Source: Psilocybe cubensis
Taxonomy: Eukaryota
Assembly: GCA_017499595.2 (NCBI GenBank)
Contig: CM038998.1
Coordinates: 1,674,001 to 1,738,000 of the forward strand
Length of the DNA stretch: 64,000 nucleotides
Reading direction: 5' to 3'
Positions within the stretch are counted from its first letter, which is position 1. Every line of letters begins with the position of its first letter. The notes below the pieces were generated by a model, which was not told where the DNA came from, did no database searches, and saw only the letters and a program-made list of their open reading frames with translations. A program made the translations under genes and the position numbers. Positions 12,886-26,402 of this stretch are shown here, piece after piece.

Positions 12886-14419
12886 TCAGCCTTTAGCAGC
12901 GACCCTGTTGCCGCCTGCCCGTCGCTTTCCACCTCGCACAGGCTTCTTGACTGTTTTCCTGCTCTTGCAGCTATCACAAAACCATCGACCTTCGGGGGGT
13001 ACCGTAAGGCCGATACAAGCGAGATGGAACTATAAATGGATTAACATCAGCGATCAACATACGGACCAGGGAGCGCGACATAGATAGAGGACTACTGACC
13101 CATTCTTTCTCACACCCTTTCGCATCGCAGGCGATCATCTCGCCGTAGCTGACCCTATCGCAGAAGCAATACGTCTTGTTATCGTCCGCTTCTCCATCGA
13201 CGTCGCCGGCGTCTGTCCGGTCGCCATTACTGTTCCCGAGGACGGCCACACTGGCTGCATTCGAGTGGATGGATGCGCTCCGGGCCACAGGCATACCGGG
13301 ACCCTCTAGCTGCTGTGCGCTCGGGATGTTCCAATCCTGCACACCAGGAATATGGGGAATACCATGCGCATCGTATCCGTTGCCCATATGTCCCGCGCCG
13401 TTCCCATTCTGGTACGGTACGGCGAGGGAAGGGTGGGATGCGGAGGGCGGTATGCTGTAGGCGTCGGCTGCAGCGCCGCCGCGCCGTGAACTGTTGGTGG
13501 AGGGATCATGGGGTGCTGGATAGACCTCGTTAGCAAGCGGAGTTGGATTCCTATTGTGGTTCCCGGCCCCAGCACGAGCCCGTTTGTTGTTGGCAGCACC
13601 GGTGCCTGTGCGGGAGCTGGCGCCGTTGCGGGAGTTGGAGTGGGCAATCTGGGGAGCGGGGTGGTTGGTGACAGAGACAAGGGAGTCGGAGGGGGAGATG
13701 GCGCGTTCGTTCCTGTAAGGTAGCATAATTAGAAACAAGCAACAACACGGGGAAAACGGGTGCACGGACTTTTTGGCTCTGGCATTGTTCCTCGAGCGGG
13801 AAGCGTTGTCTGCATGTGCAGCCTTTTTTGGGGTGCGTGAGGGGCCAACGTCGACGTCGTCGTCCCGGTTGACCTTTCGTCGCTTCGCGGGGCTAGGATC
13901 GGGGTTGGTCATGATAGAGCCCAGGACACCTCTCCTGCGCCTGCCGGTCTCTGTAGTGGCTGTGGGCATATACGAACGCTCAGAGACGTGCGGGTAGACG
14001 GTTGCCCTGTCCATGACGGAGGCGTCGAACGCGGGGATGTGCTCTGCGAGCTGTCTGAGATGGGTGGAGTGGCCTTTGAGATTGTCAGCAGCCTGGCAGG
14101 CGACGCGAATCTTGTCCTCGCCGCCGAGCTTGAGACGCTGAGCCTCCTCTGCGATCTCTGTGAGGAGCCAGAGACGGTCCTGCTTGGAAGCCTTTCCGTC
14201 CTCGATGAGGGCGGTGAGGTTCTGGATCTTTGCTGTTATGGAGAGAACGGAGGAAGAGAGGACGGCATCGAGCTCGCGGAGGTCGGCAAAGTTGCGGGAG
14301 AGGTCAATGGGGAGGGCATCGAGGGTGTGTGTGTACTCTGCGAGGAGGTCGAGAGTGTAGGGAGTGTCGAGGAGGGAGTCGGAAGGCATGGACGGAGCAG
14401 ACTTTGCAGGCGGGGGCAT
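12886..14419 (-). CDS. ING-family PHD-finger chromatin reader (Pho23/Yng2-like); 3 exons
   Basis: N-terminal ING coiled-coil (LDALPIDLSRNFADLRELD...EDKIRVA) and PHD finger YCFCDRVSYGEMIACD...EW/FHLACIGL. Confidence 0.92.
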
Positions 14420-14622
14420 AATGATACACAGTCAAGAGAGAAAAGGCTGATCACATGTCCTTTCACGCTCAAAATAGGTCTTTGAAATTTCGCCCCTCAA
14501 TCTGGGCATTGCTATTTAGGTATTGTACATGTGCCAATGATTGTAGTCTATGCTATTCGTATAATGCAATAAGGATATAAAAGAGTGTCGTCGTGGTGGG
14601 GGGTATGGAATGACATGACATG

Positions 14623-14832
14623 TTACAGCGAAAAGAGCCGCTTCAGCGATGGTTTTCCTTCCTGGCTTGCCGATGTTTTGCTCCCGCGCAGCGAGGCGAA
14701 CAGCGAGTACATGTTGTGCATGTCGCGCGGGTTCTGGCCCTGCACGCCGATAAGGGTATTGGGCGATGTTGATCCCGTAGGGAAGAAGCCCGACGTGGGT
14801 GAGGGCGGTGGGGAAAGGTAGGAGGAGGGCAT
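14623..14832 (-). CDS. Small hypothetical protein, 69 aa
   Basis: ATG in ACCGCCATG context; MPSSYLSPPPSPTSGFFPTG...KPSLKRLFSL*. Preceded by CGCGTC motifs like those in other promoters in this window. Confidence 0.55.
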   Translation of the reverse strand: MPSSYLSPPPSPTSGFFPTGSTSPNTLIGVQGQNPRDMHNMYSLFASLRGSKTSASQEGKPSLKRLFSL

Positions 14833-15533
14833 GGCGGTGGTGGGTATAATAAGAGCCGGTGGGTATGTGGTGTTAATTGGCGCGACGCGACGCGGTGTAA
14901 TTCTAGACAACAGTCAAGTCGTCAGGCAGTCAGGGACACGGCTGGACTTGCGGTGTCGTGGATGGGCGTCTATGTTTGACGCGCAGTTGTTGGCGATGGT
15001 GTTTATTCTCTCCTTTGGTCGAACAGTGAGAGGCGCCTGTATCAGATCAATGATGCGGCTGGGATGTCGACTCTCCATTGTTCGCCCAGTTTATATCCAA
15101 CCTCCACCAACTCCTCCAGAACAAGGTAATGTCTTGTTATGGCTTTCCCCTTGTCCCATTCTGGAAAGAAGCCCTCAATGTTCCCATCACCTGTCACTAT
15201 ACTTGCCTAGTTCGGCACAAGGCTCTCTCTCATTTATATTCAACACGAGGCACTCAGCGCTCTTGTTCGTCCACAAGGTCGTTAGCACTCTGGCGTATAC
15301 AAACGAACGCTTCTCTTGCAGCACAAGATAGACACCTCGCAAGCACTCGCGATGGCGACAAGCACAAGGGATTGGCTACAACAATTCGAAAGGCTGGACC
15401 CAATGTCATTAGATCATTCGGCAAGTAGCTGATACACACTCTATAGAATCAAGTAGGGTAGATCAGCATATAATCAATCTTAATCCACTAATGCCCAATA
15501 GGCAAACAGTCTACTCTTATCGATCCATGTAAA

Positions 15534-16873
15534 TCAGAACTTGAAGACCTGATTGCGTAGTAGATCATCAGCACTTGTAAATAAGAGCGCTGCCCTGCTT
15601 AATCTTACCTGGTCTTCCGAGTATCCGAGCTCCTTGAGGATTCCACCGAGCTCACCCTGCTTCATGCCAGCTTTCTTTCCAGCAATCGACGCTACCTGTC
15701 CAGGAGGTCCTACAGGGACGATATCAGGTTGGACTAGATGTCAAAAGCCAGACAAACTCACCACAGACGAAAACCTTGACTTTATCCTTGAGGTCAGCTG
15801 GACCGACGTGCTGCTTAATGACGTCAGCGTTAATGTAGCCGACAGGGCCTTTCCATCCTTCCGTTGGTGTATCGACGAGGTATACGGCGTCAAAGGTATC
15901 GGGGTATTTCTTCTTCAAGGCATCAAATTCTTTGCGAAGGAGAATGTCCTTTTCTGTGAGGTTGGAATAGATGAGCTTGAACTTTGTCTTGTTGTTCTTG
16001 TCCGAGAGAGCATGGGTGACGAGTTGGTAGAGAGGAGTGCTGCGGATTATATGAATAGGATAAGTTGCATGGCATGAGGAAACTCTTCTAGACCAACGTA
16101 CATTCCACTGCCTCCACCGATCAGAGCGACTTGATCAAATTCGTTTGCTAAGAAGAGAATGAATAGGTGAAAAAAGCAAAAGTGTGATTGACAAACCCTT
16201 GTAGGGGAACTTGAGGATAGGACCCTTGATAGCAAGAGTGTCTCCTTCCTAAAACTCCATGAGCGAAAGCAGGGATGGTGCAGGCACGATACTAACCTTG
16301 AGGTCAAAGATGTGCCTGGACATGTTTCCATTTTCGTAGCGCTTGACGAGAAGGGTAAGCTCGCCTGGGGCATCCGGAGCAGACACGGGGGTGTATGGGC
16401 GAATAACAGGCTTTCCCTTTGCGTCATTAAGAGCATCTGGGGCAGATGCCTTTACGACGAGACACGATGCTACTGGAATAAGCGAGGCCTCATCGTTGGG
16501 GAGCTCGAACACGAATCTGCAAGGAAGAGTTAGCGGGAAGAGCCGGAATAAAAAGAGAAAGACGGCTACTTTGACGAGTTGTGGTTGTATGGAATGACCT
16601 TTTTGAGCTTAAAGTCTTGGAAGTTCTGAGGGTCGAGGGGGCTTTTCTCCTGCTTGGGCTTGACGGGGGCAGTTTGGGAGCTGTCAAGGTACCAATAAGC
16701 AGCGCCGGCGGCGAGGCCAGCAGTGAGGAGGACAGCGGGGAGATTGCTCCTTGAAGGGGGAGGGGCGGTGGCATAGGCACGACGGCCAAGCTAAGGGAGG
16801 GAATGAGAGACAGATTAGAGGGGAAGAGAAGCGAATGACGTACATTGGCAAGAGATGTTCTTAAAAATGACAT
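15534..16873 (-). CDS. MCR1: Mitochondrial NADH-cytochrome b5 reductase
   Basis: RPYTP, LVKRYENGNMS, ALIGGGSGI, VFVCG/PPG and terminal QVFKF* motifs. N-terminal targeting/TM segment. Confidence 0.93.
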
Positions 16874-17236
16874 GGTCAGCGGGAGGACAGGCGAAGCAGT
16901 GCCAGATCCCTCTTTTGGCCCACTCTCCCACGCTCTCCCCCTACGTCATAGCAGGGCCCTCGCTCTCCCCCTCTGAAAATGCCTCGAAAATGCGCCAGAT
17001 ATTCACCACTCAGGCTATGGGCGTGCAAAAAAGTTCATTGTATGGAGGTGGTGACAGCGGGGGTATGTACGTGTGCTGGGGAGGATTGGGGCAATGGTCG
17101 AGCTGTTGGGAAGGAAATGAGATTGTGCAGTGTCCGGCGGGACTGAATTTGTCACAGGCCACTACATTGGTTCAAAAAGCGAAGAGGAAGTGCTCAGCGG
17201 GCTGTCCCCTCTTCCATCTCCACCCACTCCACCTAC

Positions 17237-18997
<1,761 letters not shown>

Positions 18998-19831
18998 AGT
19001 GTGATACCTTGTCCTTTTGATATCTTCATTCTGTGTAATATGTTGGCTTTGCTTCTTTCTTCATCCTGGACCAAGTTTCCCAATTCCTCTTGTTTAGAAT
19101 ATATGTATCGTTTATGTTCTTTCCTTCACTCATACCACTTATCCCTCCGGTCTGCTACGCCGCCACCCATTCAAGGCAGAGTCCCAAGTCCCCAACTGTA
19201 CCAAATGAAACCATACCTCGCCTCACGTCGCATTAACGACACTGTATCACACTACTCATCTCCCTCCGGCCACATTCTCCCATTATTTAAAAGCTTTACC
19301 CCCCACTTTTCATTCGCAAATGATATCCGGACTTTACATGACCATTCCTTTTCTGTCGTGCAGAGGATGTAGTGTTTTTTTGTTGCATAGTAATGTGTGT
19401 TTGGGGCTTGCGATTTGATCCCAATATACACGAAATGGGTGGAAGATAATCCATGACCTTTCCAGGTGTGCTAGTTTACTCCTTGGTGAACGGTTCGCAT
19501 AGTAATTTATATGATAATATCAAGAGTAATCGTTGATGCATACGTTATGGAGAGGCTATCGAGGCGGACAAACCAGACGCAATTGGCAATAGCGACATGT
19601 TTATTTTTGGCACGCGCCTCATTCCGCCTCAATTAACAGTAGTGAGCGCGTCGATCTAGTTCCCACGACTCCTTACAATTATCCCAAATTATCCCCTACA
19701 GTAATTCATCGTCGACTCCATTTGACTAGGAGAGCTCATCAGATCTCTCTCACCCCCCGAGTTTGGGACGGCACCCAGCACAAAAGGCTCCCTGAGCAAC
19801 TGCAACAAGTTGCACCGCTCCTGATACCATC

Positions 19832-22800
19832 ATGCCGCCTCGTCGACGGCCTACAGCGTTTGAAGTCTCTTTTCCTGGGGAAAAGGAGGACGAGGTGTCG
19901 TCTGACTCGGGCGTGGCGAAGCCATTTCCTTCGTTTCATCAGCAGTCGAGGAGTTCTTCTGTGACTTCGACGTCCAGTTTGGGAAAGAGGAAGGGCGAGG
20001 TGGTGGACAACAGGGCAAGTTGAATTGGATTGTAGGTGCTGTGTTTAACTGATGTTTTCTCGCTGTTATAGGAAGCTAAGCGCCACAAGCTTCCAAAAGG
20101 TAGTGTTGTTCATCTAGATAATGTCCGTCTGTACACAAGCTGAAACGCGTAAACGTTTTGGTTACAGACGCATACTACAAGGCTCTGAAGGACCCGATTA
20201 AAGAGACCATGACGTTGGTCATCACTGGAGAAGACCCCAGCGATGGCGACGACGACAAGCCCATTCGGGAACTGCACGAGTTCACGATCTTTGACCCGAG
20301 CCGTAGAAACGAGCTGGTCACTTTGGAGGCATTGGAGCAGGACGATGGTATCGACCGGGCTTTTGAAGCTGCTGGGTATGTGAAACCCCATTACCTGAGT
20401 GAAGAAGATGAGGGGCAGGAGGAAGAGCAGGAGGAGCCTCAGTATGTCCATTTGGGCGCTATAATGAGGTACACGGTGGATTACTCGCAGGAATCCGAGT
20501 GAGTTGCCCTGGTCGTATTCTGATCAGGTATAACACGAATACTGATATCAACTGACAAGGCCATTTTATATCGAAACGGAATGTGCCTGGTATATTCTTA
20601 GGGAGCCATCGAGCTCTTATAAAGTGTTTTACGAGCATTTCTATTCTCCAAGGCGTCTAGCCCAAATCATTATTTCTAGGGCGCTAAAACGTCCCAACGA
20701 AGATTTCAAGTCGTTTTTGGATCGATTGACGAAACGAGTCGATATGTTCGGCCGGACATATGTTCAAGAGCATATTTGGGATAATGTAAGTTTATTGCCC
20801 ATTCTCAGTATCAGGTATACCTAGATGATTCACCTCTTCACAAAGCTTGTGGACATCAATGAAATTATACGAGAGTCTGAACACGCAAAGAAAATCATGG
20901 CCGTCCCATTTGTTAAGACTATTCTTCAAAGAGCGCCTCAGAGTATCGAACCACAACGGATTCCGAGAAACACTCGCCCCTTGGTCAGAAAGCAGCCGAA
21001 GAACCTAATAGGAAATCCCGACATATCTGTTCTCAAGAGCGAAAATCAAAACACCACATGTGTGACACCGAGGATTGCAAAACTCGCAAAGGGACTGTTC
21101 CGCGAAGAAATGATGGTTCTTGGGCCGCCGCCTCCACCAGTCAACAAGGCTGAGGTTGAGGCTCTCAAAAATAAAGCTGCGCACAATTTACGGCAACTCA
21201 TCAGTAGGGCAAAGGCGGGCAACAAGAAGATCACGTATCGCAAGGATGATCGCATTAAAGTGGGTGGTGATTACTATAGCTCAATCACAATTGAGGGGGT
21301 AGAATATAAGGTGCGTGATCGACGATCGTGACTCTACCTACCTCTTGAATATGCCAATTATTTGTAGATGGGTGATGTTGTTTTGTTCCCGATTAAACTT
21401 GCTGGCGATGAAGTCAGGCTAAAAGCGGTTCAACCCGATAAGAGCTCTCGTGTTGACCATTTCTTTTGGTAAGATTAATCTTTATTTCATTTGTACCTCT
21501 GCTGAAACGAGTATCTAGGTTTGCGAAAATTATCTATATCATGGCTGAAAGCCACCAAGTGCATGTACAGTGGTTCAATCACGGTTCACAAACAATTCTG
21601 AATGAGTTAGCACACCCACAAGAGCTGTTTCTGAGTGATCTGTGCGGTCATGACACGGTTAACCACATTGTAGCGAAGGTTACAGTTCATTACTTGCCGA
21701 ACGAGGTTGATCCAAAGGTGAAAGCAGGCGAATATTTTTGCAAGTAAGGGATTATCTTTGCGCACATCATGTATACTCACTCAGATTTAGATTCTCGCAT
21801 GACATCAAAACAGGCGTTTTTGCAGATCTGGATACCAAACGCATTGAACTGTGTAACAGCCAGCGGCCACCGGATAACTGCCCTGTATGCCCTCTCCTTG
21901 AAGAAATTGATATGCAAAAAACGGTCATGCCTCTGAAGGACAACGCAGGGAATATCAACGGGCTTGCTTTCGCTGGTGTATCGTACCACCTTGAAGATTT
22001 TGTCTTGTATCGTGCCGAAAAAGGACCTGCCAACATCGGCTACATTACGCAGATCGTATTTCCATCTCGCATGCGGGACACAGCAAAAGTCACCATGAGG
22101 AAGGTTGGTCGTATATCCGACCTTGATGACGAAGTTTTACCTGAAGGGGTTTTGAGAGACGAGGTATGTGATAATCGATTTCGGACATGCCTCAAAATCT
22201 GACTTTATTCAAAGAGACACTTATTCATAACTGATGAGACAGTTAAAGTAGACGTATCAGAGGACTCTGCGTTGCTGCAAGTCATTTATGTACCTTGCAG
22301 TGAATCATTCGAGGACCCCAGTGCAAATTTGGAAGACTGGCTCGAACTCTCATACGATCACTTTTACGTGCTTTATTCATTCCCTCGCCTCGCTGTCAAA
22401 CATTGGGACGAAAGGAAGAAAACGCGATGGCAAAGGCACGAAGTATGCAGTCAATGCTGCAAGGAGATTCTTGAGAAGCGCAAAGGAATATATAAATTCC
22501 TTAAGCAAACGAAGCCCTTGGCCACATTAGATCTGTTTGGGGGTGTCGGTGCACTCAGTCGAGGCCTAGCTGATGGAAGTGGATGTCTTAAGGTTACTCA
22601 TGCCGTTGAGATTGCGCCGAGCGCAGCCAGGACATTTGCGTATGTTATTGATTTCTACACTGTTCAATATTCTCTAAATAAACACCAGGATCAATTCTCC
22701 AGAAACAACAGTGTACAATCAATGCGCCAATGAAATACTCCGCTATGCTGTGAAATCACAATTGAAACATGATATAGAAATTCCAAAGCAAATATATGAC

Positions 22801-24532
22801 AATAAGACTCCCATTTCAGCTCCACCGAAACCTGGAGACATCAAAGTCATTACGGCAGGTTTCCCCTGGTTTGTCCACCCCTCTAACCTTGGGCTTGGTT
22901 TACTAAATATCCAAATAGCCAGAGTCATTCGACGTTGAATATCTACAAGAACGCAGATGACCCAAAAAGCAATTTAATTCTAACCACACTTTCTTATCTT
23001 GATTACTACTCACCGGACTTTGCATATTTTGAAAATGTCCCGGGATTTTTGCGATTCTCTTTGAGGGCGACCCATGAAAATGAATATGGATTATCTGGGG
23101 ATGTGGATATGGGTGGAGTAAAGCTCCTCCTTCGATCGCTGATTGACATGCAGTAAGGCCGTTAAATATCCATTTGTCTGTCTATTAATTTGGCCTATAG
23201 TTATCAGTTCCAATTTGCATTATTGCAAGCTGCACACTACGGAACTCCACAGCGAAGGGTTCGCTTCTTCCTGGTCGCTGCCAAAACTGGGCAGGTGCTT
23301 CCTGCAATACCACAACCAACACATGACTTTCCGGACTCAACCAGCCTCAGCATCAAATTTGCTGATAAGCTAGATGTCATTGCACCTATTAGAATGGCAC
23401 ATGGAACAGCGCGCAATCGGTGTGTAACCATAAAAGATGCCATTGGCGATTTGCCTAGGTTTGACTGGTTGCGTAACTTGTTCTATTTTATTTGTTATTT
23501 AAATTTTGAATATCTGGAATCGTTTAGGAAACATCCATCACCCGATACGGAAGATAAAAAAAGGAAAGATGCAAGGCGAAGACGCGCGCGTGAAGTTGCT
23601 GCTGTGGATTGCAACGTCAAGGACACATATTCTGGGTTCTCGGGAAAAATTGGATACCATATCGATCCTAAGACGAGATATCAAAAGCAGGCCCGTCTCA
23701 AGGAAACAATTGATATACAGCATTATACACGGTGCTTATTGCCAAGAAAGGTGGAACGGTAAGATGACTTGTAATTTTAAACATTCTTATAGGTTGACGA
23801 TTACCAACGTCAGGGTACTGTGTATCCCCTTGAAAGCTGGAGCAGATTATATGAGTCAGTTTAGGGCATTTTTGGTTGTTGTGTTGCGCTGACCATTTGG
23901 GAACAGGTTTACCAGCCGATAGATATGAATGGCAAATTGCAGATCCTACATCGTCTGTGGGTAGACGGAATTATATTCGAGGTGAACCTTGGCTTTAATT
24001 TGCTTCTCTGGACTATGACTTATCGAGAATGTTTCCAGGTCTGTATGGGCGCCTTGATCAAAACAAGGTCTTCCCCACCACTGTTACAAATGTCGACCCA
24101 ACGGCAAAGCAATGTCAAGTTTTAAATCCTTGGGTAATTTTGGATGTATATATTATGCCTGAATAACGTTCTTATTTCACTGTTACAGTGCCATAGGATG
24201 GTTACCGTCCGAGAATTGGCAAGGTCCCAAGGATTTCCGGACAGTTTCGTGTTTAAAACAATTGGAAAGTTGAATGTAGTGACTGTAAGTACTGTGAACG
24301 TGCTATGACAAACAAACAGAATACTAAACATCGCCGTTAGATCCATCGACAGATTGGAAACGCGGTTCCTTTGCCTCTTGCGCACGCACTTGGGAGGGAA
24401 CTTCGCGAATCGCTATTCAATCTGTGGAATAGAAAACGAGAAGATGCCATCGTCATTGAGGATGATGAACTTGCTCGAGGAGTAGAACATCAGCATTTAG
24501 CGAATGATAGTGACGACGATATGTATGTTTAG
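19832..24532 (+). CDS. DNA (cytosine-5)-methyltransferase, DNMT1/Masc2-type (RFTS-like, 2 BAH, C5-MTase)
   Basis: Motif I LDLFGGVG, motif IV AGFPC/QSHS (Cys codon split by an intron), VI FENV, VIII YGTPQRRVRFF, IX-X TVRELARSQGFPD...RQIGNAVP. Upstream BAH-like segments (VQWFNHGSQT..., RKVGRISD). The frame stays open across all manually placed introns. Confidence 0.93.
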
Positions 24533-24659
24533 GAGTGATTCATGAATGAGTGTGTTTTATAAAAGCTATAGTAAATCACCTTTAGTTTACTCGTAGTGTT
24601 TATTAATGTATTATAACTACAGCCATTCACGTCTATACATGTATATAGTAAAATGGGGG

Positions 24660-25124
24660 CTACGTTTCGTGATCAGCTAACTCGTATCCCACCCAAACGA
24701 CTTCTGAACAGCTGTTGCAGGCGATAAGATGGTCGCCATTTTCCATCTGGGGTACTGTTATCCGGTACCAGCCTCCACAGCGGCATGAATATCTCCATGG
24801 GCCCTCTTCCGCGTCTTCTGGTGTGACAGAAGAGGATTCGTCTTGAAACTCTTCCAGAGAGATTACTTGTGCGGGACGAGGCGTCGTGCTCGACGATTTT
24901 TGATCAAGCGTGGCATCGTGGGCGTCTCGAAGCTGGCTATCTGATAATACGGCATACGCCTGTTTGATTAGAGAGATTTCAACACCATTGGTAGGATCGT
25001 GTGTGGCGCGTTTGTCGGGGTGGGACTTTAGAAGAGCGCGATGGTACGCGGCCTTGAGAACGGCGGGTGATGCATCTCTAGGCACCTCGAGCAACTGGTA
25101 GAAGTCTATTGTGCTCTCCGCCAG
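24660..25124 (-). CDS. DPH4: Diphthamide biosynthesis J-protein Dph4 (DnaJ + CSL Zn finger); start uncertain
   Basis: DFYQLLEV...LKAAYHRALLKSHPDK...AYAVLSD J-domain, plus YSCRCGG...ACNSCS CSL finger. No in-frame ATG (see findings). Confidence 0.88.
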   Translation of the reverse strand: MAESTIDFYQLLEVPRDASPAVLKAAYHRALLKSHPDKRATHDPTNGVEISLIKQAYAVLSDSQLRDAHDATLDQKSSSTTPRPAQVISLEEFQDESSSVTPEDAEEGPWRYSCRCGGWYRITVPQMENGDHLIACNSCSEVVWVGYELADHET

Positions 25125-26402
25125 TTTTAACCTTGAAATCTGAGGCTCAAGAGCTCAAACTCTTTGAGCGATTAATCTGGGCAAGGTAAGAGGTCAATGC
25201 AAGGAGATCAAGTGAGGAAAAAGAATTACATAGATGGCGGAGCGACGGAACGAAAGTGATCGATCATTCTCACGTGCATTAATCCGTATGTGGCTATTTT
25301 TAGTTTTCATTTTATGTGCCACAACCGACTCTCAATCCATGTAAATTTGTTGGAAACCTTCCTGAGAGTGTGTCAAGAAAGCTGGATCCGGGAAAACATG
25401 TACTGGAAATCGCCGCTCTACGTATAGAATCAAGCTGTAAAAGCGATTTATACCACTCTGGGCGTCCGAAATGCGACGTTTCAAATCTGGATGAAGGCTG
25501 TCACAATGAGCAGCACTATACAGTTTAGTTCAGCTTCTGGTACCCAGAGTGAATGGCTCATGAGGAGACGTGCGCTGACAGTCCAACTGGATCTTTGAAG
25601 GTTGAAACGAGGCTTGGAGCCGATCAACTGTTACGGTCAATCCCAGTTCTCTGACGCGCTCATCAGCAGGTCCTGATCACACGCCTTGTACAAAACATTA
25701 CATGTATATTGCGGCTCACCCAGAAACTGTTTCTGAAGATGATTGTGAGCAAGGCGCATGCAAATTGAAAATACAGAAACAAGTGCGGGCACGAGGGTGC
25801 AAAGTAGCCACGGACTGCCGGGATTGCACAGGGCCGATGTGAAGTACGACCTCATGTGTCCACGCCGCCATCTGACACTGAAGAATTGTCACCGTTCCAT
25901 AGACCTACTGGTTGAGCTTTATTGATTTACGTTGAAGACTATTGGTGCTGAACAATTTAGCGTAAGAAGTGAGTCAAAGTCAGCCTCGACTGGGAATGAA
26001 CTGACCGACCCATTTAATTGCAGTAGAGCCATAGACAAATAGGCGGAAGAGAAGGCTAAGCTTCTTGTACAATATGGTGCATTCAGAGACTCAGATGGAG
26101 GCTTGCTGGGCGTTTACTGGGCGCCTAGCGATGATTGGCTGGGACAGATTGGAGACGGAAGTATTTAGTGGCAAGTTTTTCATGTATCGGTTGTGCTGGC
26201 AGCAGAGAGGAAAAGGTATAAAATGAAAGAAAATTGTAAATGGACGGGAGAGGATAAGTAGTAGGCTGACAGAAAGAGCTGAGCTGATTGTTGCGAGGGA
26301 AAATGTATTTTTGTGTTTGTACAAAGTAGCCGGCTTGGATTTTGACAAGACAGCCTGTTAATGTCAATCTCTCCGCCCTCCAGCTAGCCTTCCTTTTCCG
26401 CA

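Noticed and set aside
14990-15440. Overlapping short ORFs between the 69-aa ORF and the MCR1 3' end
   Set aside because: No recognisable domain or consistent exon structure.
15480-15536. Cryptic peroxisomal PTS1 by stop read-through in MCR1 (also checked enolases, RidA and GFA)
   Set aside because: No TGA-CTA read-through context, and the extensions do not end in an SKL-like tripeptide (SRL after the MCR1 stop is internal).
25300-26400. 1.1-kb gap between DPH4 and the TBC gene with short ORFs
   Set aside because: I could not build a coherent spliced model, repeat or RNA motif; treated as divergent promoter/UTR.
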